A stretch of 64,000 nt of DNA from Perkinsus chesapeaki ATCC PRA-425 (lineage: Eukaryota; Protista; Perkinsozoa). Location of the stretch: the NCBI GenBank assembly GCA_013115145.1, contig JAAPAO010000082.1:23492-87491 (forward strand), read 5' to 3'. This document shows, one piece after another, positions 24,211 through 37,250 of the stretch. Position 1 is the first letter of the stretch. Each line of letters begins with the position of its first letter. The notes beneath the pieces are model-generated. The model saw only the letters and a program-made list of their open reading frames with translations, did not search any database and was not told the DNA's origin. The position numbers and the translations under genes were made by a program.

Positions 24211-26280
24211 ATGGACTCCACTGAGAACCCTTCCAACCGCCCCAGTCCAACAGATGGCATTCTACCGTCCCTTATAGTGTCCCATCCAGGCGGTTCTTTT
24301 GCTAAAGATGGTCGAGAGAACAGCAAGGTAGTATCAAGGTTTGGGGTGGCCAATATGGGATCGATAGGTGCTTATGATCTACACCGGCGGGACAGTGGGC
24401 ATGCAACCGGGCCCTGATGGGTCTCTGCGACCTGTGCCGGGCTTCCTCACTGAGAAAATATCAAAGTTGGAGGAGCTTAAGCGGCCAGGCATGCCTGATT
24501 GCACTGTAAGAGTGATGCTGGAGATGCTTGGTAGTAGATGAGGCAAAGCTTAGGTTATTGAGTGGGAGGAGCTAATCGACAGTTCTGATGTTACACCAGA
24601 GCATTGGGCTAAGATGGCAAAGGTAATGGTGGGGTAAGGGAAGTGCCTAGGATAGTGTTCTAGCATCCCCTTAGTAGAATGATACTGCGTAGGGGGAAAG
24701 ATGCTGAGAATAGCAGTAGAGATAGCATCACTTGACCTCCTTCACAGGGCTGAACTTGGGCTGTAACAAGTTGTGTCGTGAGCTCCATCAGCTTCGTTAT
24801 ATTCCATCCTGCGACTTTTCCAAATCTTTGTTTGAAATATCTCTTGTCCTCGTCATTTTACCTCGTACTAAAGTTGAGTTGCGTAGCTATATCGTTTCAG
24901 TGTATCGAAGAGAACTACTATGATTACGATGGTTTCGTTATCGTCCACGGCACGGACACTATGGCCTATACAGCAGCAGCTCTATCCTTTATGATGGCTA
25001 ATCTAGCCAAGACTGTCGTCCTCACTGGCTCAATTTTACCATTTGGGGAGCCACACAGCGATGCTCGAAGGAATATAATAGTATCCACGTTGATTGCTGG
25101 TAGTGTCTGATAACCGCCGTCATTGGTGATGGCAATTAAATCACAGGTGTTTGTAACATCCCCGAGGTGTGCGTTTTCTTCAATACCAGCCTCCTTAGAG
25201 GTTGTCGGTCTGTCAAGGTAATGCCAAGCATCGAGTATTTCATCCAATTGATAGCTTACAGGTTGACAGCGGTTCAATAGCAGCGTTCGAGTCGCCCAAC
25301 TTCCCTCCACTAGCCACATTAGGGGTCGGTATCCACTTCAATGATCACCTGCTCATGCCTGCACCAAAGGGAAGGTTCCACGTCCACACCAATATGGAGA
25401 ATTCAATACTAGTTGTTAGGATGGTAGGCCGCCGCCGGCGCCGCTTTGGTCAGTGTTGATATTGTACTGTGGGTGTTGATAGGTGCCAGGCTTTGCTGAT
25501 CTGGAGACATTGAAGGATAGTGCGGTAAAAGGAGTGGTGCTATCGCTCTATGGGACTGGGAATGCTCCTGCTAAACAGCAGAATTTCATCAACTGGCTGC
25601 AGAGGTGACCTGGTGGAGGGTAAAGTCTTTCGCTGGATGGTGCCCAACATGTCGTTGATCTCAAGCGTATGTCTCCGAACTGGATTTAAGCTCGGTCAAG
25701 CTTTACCACTTGGTCTCGAAGGTTGTATGGTATCAACCAGGGGGCCATAGAGGATGATCAAGTGTTAGGTCCGGAAGGAACGCACTTGATGTTTCCTTTT
25801 TGGTCAAGTAACATATTTCCTAGTAAGATTTCAATTGTATCTTCACCGTGTTAGAGATATTTTTTGATCTCCGGGCAATATATTCCTGTGAAGCTTGAAG
25901 ATTCCCTGCTATCTTAACGCTACCTGTTCTATGTCGGTCAGGTTCCACGAGAGAGGGATTGCCGTTGTAGCAGCCTCACAGTGTCTTAAGGGCCACGTGG
26001 AGCTGAATGCCTATGCTGTTGGTGCGCGCCTGTTGTCGGTTGGTGTTATCAGCGCTGGTGATATGACAGTGGAAGCAACGGTTACCAAACTCAGCTACTT
26101 GTTGGGGCGGGGGTTATCACTAAAGCAGATCAGCCGGGCGTTCGAGATGTCTCTTCGGGGGGAAGTCACCGAGGTGAGCGTGAGGCTCATACCGCTCTCT
26201 TGTTTAAGATGCTTTCTTTTAGAGTAATGGCAATGAAGACGTCTTCCGCGGTTTTGCTGGAGTTGTATCCAAATTGTAGC
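24211..26280 (+). CDS. ansA: L-asparaginase type I (multi-exon)
   Basis: YTGGTVGM, DGFVIVHGTDTMAYTAAALSFM, VVLTGS, SQCLKG and GVISAGDMTVEATVTKLSYLLG. Confidence 0.9.
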
Positions 26281-26516
26281 AATCAACATCCGACAGCAGC
26301 CATGTGGCATTTTATCACTGATTTATTTGACCTTGTTACTGTACATGCCCAGATCTTGCGTTACCAGTCGGGAGGCTCCAATATAGCTCTTAAGCTCCGG
26401 ACGTGAGGGCTAGGGGAAACTGTTAATGTGATATATGAGCTCCGAACTAGGGTATCAACTTGTGACCGTTGTCCCTCTACGCCTCACTTTGTTGCCCCCA
26501 GTAGGCCCAATTGATA

Positions 26517-27092
26517 ATGGTTAAGCGTCGTAAGGTGCCCACTAAAGAGCCAGAAGAGCCTAAGGAAGAGGACCCATCTCAATGGTCACGAGGCCAACGT
26601 AAACGAAGAGTCCGAAAAGAAGCTTTGAGTAAGCACTCGAGCGATTGTCATCGTTATCTTCTTCGATGCCAGTCCGAAAGAAACAGTTCGCAGCCGAACA
26701 GGTGAGGGCGAAACACATGAAGGAGGCCGAGGCGAAGGATAAGAGTGAGTCGCATCTGTTGGAGTAGCTCTGGTTATCGCTGGGCTTCAGGGAACGTATT
26801 GGCAAACCTTCAAGCTCTGAGGGGGTCCCTTAAGTTGGATCTTCAAGATGATAATGCTAAGGATCGGAAACATAAGAAGTTGCGTAAATTGGCGGCAAAG
26901 CCGAAGTCTCGGGCAGCTCAGCACAAGCAGAATCTCCGGGAGGTTCTCCAGTATAAAAGCGTAAGTCTGCCTTCTGTTGGCGTGCGGTAGTTGTTAACAC
27001 CACAGGTGCTGTCTTTCGAGCCCTTCCAGCAGAATCCATTAGCGGCAATCCAGCAGCACCTTCGCAACACTCAAGGAGGCTCTGCCGCTTAA
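26517..27092 (+). CDS. SLX9/FAM207A-like ribosome biogenesis protein
   Basis: Small basic protein ending in VL..|VLSFEPFQQNPLAAIQQHLRNT, the SLX9-family C-terminal pattern. Confidence 0.6.
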
Positions 27093-27399
27093 CAACGTTA
27101 CTTCAACAGCTCACTTCGCAGTGTTCAGTGTTAATAATAGGATGACCCTAGTTCGATCCCCGGTTACGGTGTTTTATGGTGATCCTTTTGGAGCGATCAT
27201 CCGTACGCTGCTTTTCGACTTGGGTGTCTCCAAACGGGTATATAGCCAAATGGACATCCGGAGCTCCGATGAAGCTTCCATTGCCATCGAAAGTACTGGC
27301 AAATAGTCTAGACATTGATGCTCAGTGGCTCTTCAAGAAGTTGTAACTGCTGCATGAACTCGAAATACGTTTCACAACTGCTTACCGAGCTCGCTGTTG

Positions 27400-28766
27400 A
27401 AATGATAAGGGCACTGCGATCAAAGAGCTGTGGGAGGTTCGGTTCCACTCTCGGGGCTGTTCACAACCATTACGGCAGCAACTTGGGATATAGCTAGGAG
27501 GTGTTGGTGCCACATACTCGATAACAGTCAAAGGTCAACAGAAATGAGCGAGACGCATGTGACCTACAAACTCGCCTGTGTTGTACCGTTGCTGTCTACT
27601 CAAGCTTTCGTTCGGGCCATCTAGTCTTCTAGATACTTTGTGTGGCGAAGAACTTTGCCAACTCGAAGGAGGAGCTCAAAACCCATAGGAGCAAACTGAC
27701 GGAATCGATGGAGAAGGTATCAGCCATTAGCAGATTAGCTCACCACCTAGCTGTCAATTTCTGGTGACAAATGACTGATTAGCGAGGCGACCTTGATAGA
27801 TTCTGGTGGAGCTTATTTTAAGTGCATTTCCGAACCTGCCGATTGCGACCCTGTTCTCAGGCGATCATCTTCAGTAAGTCCTTCACTTCACTAGTTCCCA
27901 TAGAGCAGCCCATATCACTACAACAACGCACTGATGTCTACTACGAGACGGAGCTAGCATTATTGATTGCAAAAACGGTGACCTTCCGCCAGTCTTCTCT
28001 CATGCTTTTCAAAGCGTAGCAGTTACCATGCTCCGTTGGTGGCTGCGATCCTCAAGATTCCCTTGCCGCTGTCGGAGGGCTCGCAGTGGCGTTGGATCTC
28101 ACCCTAAAGGATGTTCAGAACTCCTGCAAAGCCGTCGGAGGTAGCGCTTGTTGTCGGCGAGCTAACTTCAAATTCATCTAGGCTCGTGGGAGAAGGCCAA
28201 GGGCTTTGACAGGAGCAGTCCTATATCGGACTGGGTTAAAATCGATGGCCTTAGAGATGACATGAAGTGGACTATCACAACTACTATTGATGGGCAATTG
28301 GTAAGCTATCACAATGCCGCCTTGCCTTCGGCTGTGTAGCCAGGGGGTCATAAAGGAATACCAGATGTTACGCCTAGAGCTTGAAGTCACTTGATATCTT
28401 TCCTGGGACCATGTAACTTCCGCATTAGATCATCACCGAGGGGCACCCTTCAATGGAGCTAGACAAATCCTTGCGCCAATTCATTGTACGGGTTGTGCCT
28501 TTCTAGGTCCAACAGCAAAGTACTGGAGATATGCTAGTTCCGATAGGGCATCTCCTTTCACAATTGACCAATTCCTTTACCCTATTGCCGGGAGACATAG
28601 TAAGTCCTAAGGTGTCATCAAAAGGCTAACACCTGTCGTCTATCTTAAGATTCTTACGGGAACCCCTGTGCTGCCGAAGGGGCCTGGAAGGTTGGCGCCT
28701 GGCATGCAGTTGGAGATGAGCATTGAACCATCGATTGGAACCTTCACTACTAAGATAACCGAATAG
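27400..28766 (+). CDS. Fumarylacetoacetate hydrolase domain protein (FAHD1-like)
   Basis: ILCVAKNFA, IFSKSFTS, YYETELALLIAK, AVALDLTLKDVQ, WEKAKGFD, GDIV..LTGTP. The 5' end is uncertain. Confidence 0.85.
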
Positions 28767-28906
28767 TTCTCATCGTGAAGTAGTTATCTGTTGAGCTGTA
28801 AGCTACAATCAAATGACACTAACTGATATAACAACGCAATTGTCGATTAAGGGAAATGAAGACCACAAAAGGGGCTATAACTAATAAGTCACTTGTCTAA
28901 ATAGGA

Positions 28907-30691
28907 TTACCAGAGTAACGCAGCCGAGGCAGTTGTTGAAGTACTGTCGCAGTCACGACACATGCATCTGTCTACATCCTGGTGGTAGTCTTTAACACAG
29001 TTGGAGAACCCCATTTGGCGGGAGAACTCATCACCATAATAACATCTTACCCATTCCCAGTTATGAATAACATACAATGAACCGTGAATATCGTAAAGGT
29101 AGTCGAATTGTTCTTGAGTGAGAATGCCGTCGGAAACTGTACGAGCCTTTAACTCATTAAGCAAGTCCCAAGCATATTCGATACCACCAGAGGGATCGGG
29201 ATACGAATCGGTACCATAGGCACACATGGAGAGCTTCCAGCAATACTGATCAACGGTACAAGAACCTTCCAACATGATGGTGATCTTAGCCTTTAGATTC
29301 TCCCATCCAGGTTGAGTACAAACTTCACATTGTTCAGTCATCATATAATTCATACGATATAAAAGATCATCTTTATAATCTCCATCAATAGCATTACGAT
29401 AAAGCATCATAGTAGCATGATCAGCATATTGCATTATATATTGAGTACCAAGAGTATTCTTTTGTCCTTCTATAGCAAAATCAATAAATAATGATCCAGG
29501 AGCATAACCCATCTTATTAGTAACATCCTCCTTCATCTCTTGAGCCTTCAGCAAAGTCTTCTTGATATCTTCGGGCTCCATATGTTCCACATCGAAACTC
29601 AAACCGACTGGAGCAATGGCTTGCATATCCTTAGCCGTGATGTAGTCCTCCAAGTACTTCTGGAACGTATCCACGAACTCGAGCATACGAGATCCCTTGC
29701 CGGTCTTGACATCCCCGTATGTGAGCCATAACCTTTGGTCGTTACCGGTGCGTTGGCGCCATTCTTTCATAAAAGGTAGCAGCTTCTCTGCATCATGAAT
29801 TCGGTCTGGATTGGTGTTATCAGCAATGTTAACATAAACATCACCAGAGTTCCATAATTTACCAATATCAGAGGCACCAAAGTTAATCAATGATGGATCA
29901 CCCTTCCTCCAATAATCTTGAGACCATGAGTATGTACCAAACCTACGCTCATTCGTCTCGTTACTAGTAGTAGTGGTAGGTGTCGGTGTTGTCGTCACCT
30001 CTGTGGTGGCTGTCGTTAAAGGCGACGTTGTCCCATGAATCGTGGAAGCAACAGTCGTTGTAGTTGGCAGTTCAGTCGTAGTGGTGACAGCCTCCCTGGT
30101 CGTCATGACAGACCCAGATGTCGTCTGAGTGCTGGCTGCAGCACTCGACGTTGATGGTGGAGTAGTGCCGCTTGTGCTGGTCGTACTGGTCGTGGTAGCA
30201 GGAGCCTCTGTGGTCGTCATCGCCTGTGACGTAACAGAGTGGCAGGAACATGGGGCATTGGTGCCTGAGCAGACACTTGGAACTGTCCAGTATTTGCAGT
30301 AGGATCCCGGGTGCAGTGATGCACAATACGAGTCTCCTTCAGTGCAACCGGTTTCGGTTGTTGTAGATGTCGCCGCAGTGGTGGGCGTGGTCACCGAGTG
30401 CACGGAAGCTGTCGTGCTACTTTTCCTTGTAGTTGTGGTGGCCGGACCTTCGGTCGTGCCCTGTGGGGTGGTGCTGCCATCGCAAGAACACTCAGTGTTA
30501 TCAGACTGGCATCTGCTGGGAGTCTCCCAGTACTTACAGTACGACCCCGGATGAATTGAGGCGCAGAAAGCATCCCCAGAGGGACAGTCAGTAGTGGCAG
30601 CAGAAGTGAGAGAGTATAATGATAAGACGGAGAGATAAGATATTATAAAGCTTTTCATAGTAACAGAAGCGAAAAGGAACTGCTTAGCCAC
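28907..30691 (-). CDS. Secreted GH-like TIM-barrel protein with two 6-Cys modules and Thr-rich linkers (intronless)
   Basis: Hydrophobic signal, two C-x6-C-x8-C-x8-C-x6-C-x-C modules, Thr-rich linkers and a conserved domain with GLSFDVEH. The GH assignment is inference. Confidence 0.85.
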   Translation of the reverse strand: MAKQFLFASVTMKSFIISYLSVLSLYSLTSAATTDCPSGDAFCASIHPGSYCKYWETPSRCQSDNTECSCDGSTTPQGTTEGPATTTTRKSSTTASVHSVTTPTTAATSTTTETGCTEGDSYCASLHPGSYCKYWTVPSVCSGTNAPCSCHSVTSQAMTTTEAPATTTSTTSTSGTTPPSTSSAAASTQTTSGSVMTTREAVTTTTELPTTTTVASTIHGTTSPLTTATTEVTTTPTPTTTTSNETNERRFGTYSWSQDYWRKGDPSLINFGASDIGKLWNSGDVYVNIADNTNPDRIHDAEKLLPFMKEWRQRTGNDQRLWLTYGDVKTGKGSRMLEFVDTFQKYLEDYITAKDMQAIAPVGLSFDVEHMEPEDIKKTLLKAQEMKEDVTNKMGYAPGSLFIDFAIEGQKNTLGTQYIMQYADHATMMLYRNAIDGDYKDDLLYRMNYMMTEQCEVCTQPGWENLKAKITIMLEGSCTVDQYCWKLSMCAYGTDSYPDPSGGIEYAWDLLNELKARTVSDGILTQEQFDYLYDIHGSLYVIHNWEWVRCYYGDEFSRQMGFSNCVKDYHQDVDRCMCRDCDSTSTTASAALLW

Positions 30692-30859
30692 ATAGTAACT
30701 GCCTATTTCACTAATATCGCATTTTCCTGCTTAGTCGTTTCCACAGCTCCATTAGTGACACAATGGACCGCTGTGTGAGCACGCGAAGGACAGAGTTGTG
30801 TATTTTTCCTGTCTTTGGTTTCATCTACCAAATCCATTTATCAATTATCGACAGATGCC

Positions 30860-33800
30860 GGCCACCGACCTTGAAAGCAAGATGTCGTTCTTAGACCTTT
30901 ACTGGCTTGAGTAGTGCTTTCTTCGGGACAGAAAGCTTGCTGTATCGCTACTAGCACTGTATCTTCGAAGTATCTTTCGGGGACAACTTATTGTGTCATG
31001 ATATACAACCAACACAACAGGACAGGCACCTTTACACTTCGTTTCGTCCAGAACCCATCTTCCCGCCTAAGACATCGGACAGCCAATACCGTAATGACGT
31101 CCAACTCGATGAAAACGTGCAGTTTGTCACATGATCACCGAACCCTATGGCTCACTGATTCCTAACGTCGTCCCACGAACCCCATGCACCCTACAGGTGA
31201 CATTAGTATTCACATCCAAGCTGCTGCGGAAAGACACTAGTTTTACGGTCGTCGTCGGGTACCGTTTCAGTGTTGACGTTGTTATATTATCTATTCTTGC
31301 ATTCTTCATTATTGCTTGTATCGAAAGCATTTCTTGATTCGGACACTATAGTATAACACAACCAAGTGAATTGGAGAGGAAAACAAAAGCCTTGCTGATG
31401 AGACAGTGTACTTCTACGGATGGGATATTGATCAGTGTTGAGAAGGAGACGTGATGATAGTGTCGTTGTTATTATTATTAGCAGATATGACTACAATGCA
31501 ACACAACTAATACTACTATTGCGTGCAGCACTGTACCCCATCAGTTAGGCATTGGGAAGCACAAGAGGCAATACTCTACTGGATGCCCCATTAACGAATG
31601 GTACGATAATAAGATATAGGAGGGAAGGAAAACAACAGCAACAACAACCTCATAACAATCCACCACCAGCAATGACATTATAACAATGGAAACCATTTTC
31701 TTCATCAATCTAGAACGGGGCCTCATTTGCCAGAAACCAAAGCTGCTGTCGTGCTGCACTAAATACGTCTGTTGAGTCCAGTTCATAGAACTCATAAAAG
31801 GTTCGTTTAACCTTAACTGCTGCTGCTGCTGCCGCTTCCCTCTTCAATGCTGCAGCTTCTATCTCACCATTCGCCCTGGGCACCGCCTCACTCGTTCGCT
31901 TACTAGCTTCCAACACCGGAGCTGTCTTCTCCGTTCTCAATCTAGGCGCTGCTGCTGTTGAAGATGATGACGTCTTAGGTGCACTACCATTAAACGTACC
32001 CTTCCCTGTGCGCAATCCACCAGTATTCTTCCCCTTTTCCCCACTAGACGCCATTTGTCGGCCTCGAGAGGTAACAGCAGCGGAAGCCTGCTTCTTCGGT
32101 AGTACCGCCTGTGGCTGCCTTCGTTGGTTCGGACCGGACGTCCGGCGATCTGCGCTATTAGAGGGCCGTTTAGGCTTATTTTTCCCCACAGTTTGCCATT
32201 CACCGTCCTCACTATCATCAACCGCTGTGACCACTTGTGCCCTAATCCCCATGGGCTCCACTACCCCACCGCTCTTTGCAGTAGCCCGCACTAGAGTACT
32301 CTCATGTACGATAATTGAATCAATTGATGAAGAGGATGACGATGAGGATGAAAGAGAGCTATCAGACCGCGATCGAGGTGACTGTGATGCTCCAGGAGAT
32401 ACTACCGTAGACACGGTACTGCTGTTGATACCATTACTAACCGCACCCGTGGGCACCTCCACAGTCGGCACCTTTGCTGAACCCTTTGAACTGTCTATCT
32501 TCCCCCTCGAATGAGCCTCAGCCTCCTGCTGACCACCTGCCTTCTTAGCTTGGCGCTTCTTCCTTTTCTTCGATCCTTTTGTCGTCTGTTGTTGTTGTTG
32601 CTGCTGCTGTTGCTCGGTCGGTTGCTCGCCAGCTTCGAGATCCACAAAAGGTATATTGGTGGACACAGATTCATAGGGTATGTATTGAAGGAATCGGGAC
32701 GAGGACGACTGTGGGGCACCGCCGAGGAATGGTGACATCTCCTGTTGCTGCTGTTCTCGTTGGCTTTCACGACTTAGCCGTTGAAGAGATGCGAAGCGGT
32801 CCTTATAGTACTCAGAGAGAATCCTCTGAAACAGATATGGACTACTCCGACACTTCCTCGTCCTCAGTCTTACGAATTCAAGTGCCTGCGCCAATATAGA
32901 GTCCAAATCACCGTACTTAACGACATTGTACTCTACACCGTCCAATAGACGATACCACATCTGAGATGAGAGCAAAGAGCGGTATGGCCATGCAGGGACA
33001 TCCAACACCGAAAGAGACTACCACCATAACCTTCAAACGTTACCCCTACTATATAGTACCTCCTTCCTTGTCACCAAACGGCTCCTATTCCTCTTGGCAT
33101 TTCGCAAGAAATCATCGCATCGCTCGTCGATGAACTACAGCAGAGACATGTGATGGACCGACAAAGGGGAGTGATATTACGTCGAAGAGACTATGGTTCA
33201 TCAGGGCCCTCATCCGTGGTTGAAGAGCGTCTGGCCTTCCATCGATCTCGTTGCTTGGGCCATTGTCCTCTAGTAACATATAACCTGATGACACCACTCC
33301 CGATACCATCGACCACATGCCCAGCCGGATAGGCTACCGTCTTTAAATGTAGCGGGTTGCTGTTTGGTAACTTCGTACTCAGGAAGTAAATTATGATTGG
33401 TAGTATCGAAGAGCTGCATAAGCCTCGGGTGCTTACTGCTGGAATCACTGTGATCGCCGCTGCCCATACGCGCACACCAAGCCGCCTAAACATGATAATA
33501 AAGTAGCGCCAGGCAGACCTCCGACGTGACCACGTACCCTTTGACGATCCATTAGCCGTGCAACAAACTCTTTATCAACAATAGTAAGCAATGACTGGCG
33601 GGCGGTGTTTGATAGCTTCCCATAGGCCTCCATTATCTCCTTTCTATTCACCTATAAGACACTCCCAAGATACCTCTATCAAGTGCATAGTTATTACCAT
33701 AGGAAGCTGCTTATCAATCTTAGCGAAGACGGACGGTATCATAACAGTAAAGGCATTGCCTGTTCCATGGCCGACATCCTCACGGAACGTTAAGCCTCTA

Positions 33801-33874
33801 GTCTGCTCTCCGCCCCCTCCAGCCGGGGCAGCTGTCCCGGACGGTCCCGATACAAGCTGGGGTCCGCGAGACAT
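30860..33874 (-). CDS. Large hypothetical protein, weak NST1/FAM193-like N-terminal motif, low-complexity Q/K/S-rich middle
   Basis: 432-aa open exon 31710-33008 plus flanking exons. AYGKLSNTARQSLLTIVDKEFVARLMDRQR resembles the NST1-type motif. Ends are approximate. Confidence 0.55.
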
Positions 33875-34418
33875 TAGTGCGGAAAAATGGTACTGAGAAT
33901 TTAAAGAGACCATGCCAAAGGGAAAAATAGGAAAGTGAATGACAGAAGGAAATCGAGAACTGGATAGATACCTCATAGTGTAATAGTGAATGCTTTATTT
34001 AGTTAATTATAGGAACATATCGCATTGGTGTAGTATGAGAACGTATCACGATAGTGACAAACATCATGTGGATAACACTGCATTGTGATCTCGGTGTGAA
34101 ATTGCCAGGTGAGAGCAACACGCACTCTAGTGAGTATCTTGAGGTAGGAAGAGTGTCTCATGTAATGGCAAGAGTAATGCTTATGGTAGACAATATTAGT
34201 GAAGCAAAGGACAGAGATCACAAGACAAAGCACATGAACAAAAAGTAAGAAATCGTTGGGAATTTGTTGCGCACTGAAACCAATTGGGTAGGAAGGTGAA
34301 TAGTCAAGTGAGCCATCAACGGTAGATAACAATACGAATACAGCGAGGAGACAATGCTAGATTCAACGATGCAGATTGCAATTATACGGCAGATGAGAGG
34401 ATAAGGAGAAAGAGAAAG

Positions 34419-34500
34419 TGAGTGCTGTGGGGTTCGAACCCACGCGGACACTGTCCATTGGATCTTAAGTCCAACCCCTTAACCGCTCGGGCAAACACTC
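34419..34500 (-). tRNA. trnL-TAA: tRNA-Leu(UAA)
   Basis: GAGTGTT TG CCCGAGCGGTTAAGGG G TTGGA CTTAAGA TCCAA long variable arm GTGGG TTCGAAC CCCAC AGCACTC A. Confidence 0.95.
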
Positions 34501-34719
34501 CGCTGTAACGCAAGTTGAATTATTGGATACCCCCCGAAGAGCGCAAGGTGAATGACCACACTTCGACTTCCAACACAACCCTTTAGCACTAGAAACTGAA
34601 CGAGTTCTACAAGGGCGATTAACATCTTAAAACTCAAGTGGTATCACTTTGAAAAAATGAATAGGAAACATACTTAATGATACGCACTTGTGTTAAAACG
34701 AGCATTATTTGAGGCTTCG

Positions 34720-37142
34720 TTATTTGGTATTTGTTTTCGGTTTCTTAGCGGCTCCTTTGCCTGCTTTCGGTTTGCCACCGTAAAGTCCCCAAATGTCCTC
34801 CTCGGTAAGATCCTCCACCAGAACTGTATCTGAGGGCCCGAACGCTACAAATGCAACCAATACATCACAAGAGCTCCTACTAGGCGATAATGCCCTCTTG
34901 CCTTTCGGACGATCGTCTCGAACTCGACGGATAAGTGGAGGCCATCTACACGGGAAGGTGTCACCGTACTGTCACCAAGATAGTGCTTACTTTGCTCGGC
35001 CATCCACCAACGTGCACAACGCACTCTTGTAGGCCATCATCGGGGATGAATTGTAGCCGCCTAAATCCCACATCGAGTAGCCAAGTGACCTGGAAGCAGC
35101 CTCGAAAGCGAACAAAAGTGAAGTCTTACTTAAGCCAAGTACAGGTGGAAAAACCAAGTATAAATCCAGGCTGATACTTCTTATATTCATCCGAATAGTA
35201 CCGAGTGGCGATATAAACCGATGTACCCACTGGATGCCCGAAGTCGCAGGCGAGAAGTGTTTTCTTAGACTCATCCAGTGAGTCATGTAACCATATTTCG
35301 AAAACAAACATGCGACCGGAGGCTATCCAGGAACGCCACAGGGCTTCTAGAGGAGCCGAAAGCCAGCACTCGTCGCCCTTCTTGCTCTTAAGGTCCCCTA
35401 TACACACGTCTGGGTCTGTGCTCACCGACAGTGAAACTCTACGATGACCATCGGGCCCTGAAGGGAATCATATTTGCCTCTCCCTCGAAGACTCGTAGCC
35501 CACCTCTCTGCAGCTGCCTAAGTAACCTGCAAACATCCTTAAGTCGAGTCACACGACGCTTCGACAGTTCCGGGGGATGGTCCAGACAACACACCGCTCG
35601 AGCTCGCTCGCAGACCCCGCACAGGGCATCTCTACCAAAGGTAGAAGGATCCATACCTGAGCATTACAGCAATCAGCTGATGAAGGCCTTCACTTTCTCA
35701 CTGGAAGCCGGGCCGGCTTGCTGTTGGGACTCCATTTGAGTTTGCCCCGCATACCCTATGCCAGCATATAGCAAAGCGCTAAGGACATTACTCATAGTCT
35801 CCACAGACTCCATACTTGACAAGAAGGGCATCATACCTCCTTTAGATATAGCAAAACCTCCACCAGTGGCCGCCTCTGCCCCATGAAGGAGGAGGGTATC
35901 CAGTTGAGGGTCCAAGGGGTTCACCATGAATGTTGGTGGCCATATCCTGTGTGGTTTATCGATACCACCACGGTTGCTAACCATCAACATGGAGCTCATC
36001 CAGTCCCCCAAAGTCCCTCCACTGGATGCCATTTCTGACACCACTAGCGGATCGTCTATCATTCTGTTATTAATCTGCCGAGCAAGTTGGTCTCTTGCTC
36101 CGCTCCGCCATTTATTGCCATATGAATCGTCAATCGTTGGATCGGTGTAGTACAGGTCAGCATCATCCATAAGCTGCTGCAGCAGGCTGAGCAGCCTGTC
36201 CTGAGCCACCTTGGTCAGGGACCGGAACCGTGCCCTCTCAAAAGCCACAACAGCTTCATGGAACCGACACCAGCTTTGGGATCTTCCAGTCAGCTGAGCT
36301 GATGTTAGCATATCCCTCAGTGCACCTTGATATGAAATAATACCTAGTAACCCTTGTAAGTAGTAGTACCAACTAGCTGTCCCATGGCAGTGCCATCTTG
36401 GTACTCTAACACCTTATCCAGGAGTTCACGGCACATAGGGACCACTTGCGCGCTGGCAAGTCGTGCTACCAAAGACTGCTCCGACTGAAAAAGGCTAATG
36501 CCAGCGGCAGCTCACTGCGAACGCTTGCCCTACTTGCCACATCTCATCATCCATGATTTCCATCACCCCCACCACACCTGCGGCCAGCTCTTCGTTCCAT
36601 GTGCCGTAGCATTCCGGGTCAAAGCTACCATTGGCGGACTTCTGGCTCCTCCAGGCGAACATCCAAGCGTCTTGATACTCATCAAGTGCGCTGCCGAACC
36701 GTGATACGTGTGTCGTGGCCACGAACCCATACAGGTTTTGCTCTCCAGTGGCCTTGTCCACCACCTTCACAGTGTAATATCCAAAGCTTGGTGGTCTGAT
36801 TCTTATACCGTATCCAGGTGAGGTGAGAAGGCTCACGCTTGTCCCGTTGGGGAGGACCATACTCGCCTCTGATGTGTCTGTGATGTGAGCATGTTCCAAC
36901 TCCACAAATGTCGCTCCAGCTAGGATGGTCCTGTCCTGCTGAGGATCATATGGACACAGAAGATCCTCTTTGATAGTGTCGGTTGGCTTGAGATTATATA
37001 TCAATGAAGGTGCTACTGGGTGCACTTCATCCTGGATTTCGGTAAGGAGCGGTATGACATGCTTATTGCTGGACTCGTCTGCTAGTATACATTCAATAAC
37101 TTCCTCATCGACATCTGGAAACTGATATTTATAACAACTCAT
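34720..37142 (-). CDS. Multi-exon protein with C-terminal Leu/Phe-tRNA-protein-transferase-like (GNAT) domain
   Basis: CWLSAPLEALW...FVFEIW...LLACDFGHPVGTSVY...LGYSMWDLGG...MAYK parallels the eukaryotic L/F-transferase pattern. The N-terminal ~430 aa are unassigned. Confidence 0.5.
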
Positions 37143-37250
37143 CAGAACTACTCAACATATACCCCACACTACTGGTAACTCGACAATTACTGATAAAGCA
37201 TTCATGCACTTACGATACTGTAATGATATAGAAACGTGCCAAAAATAGTG

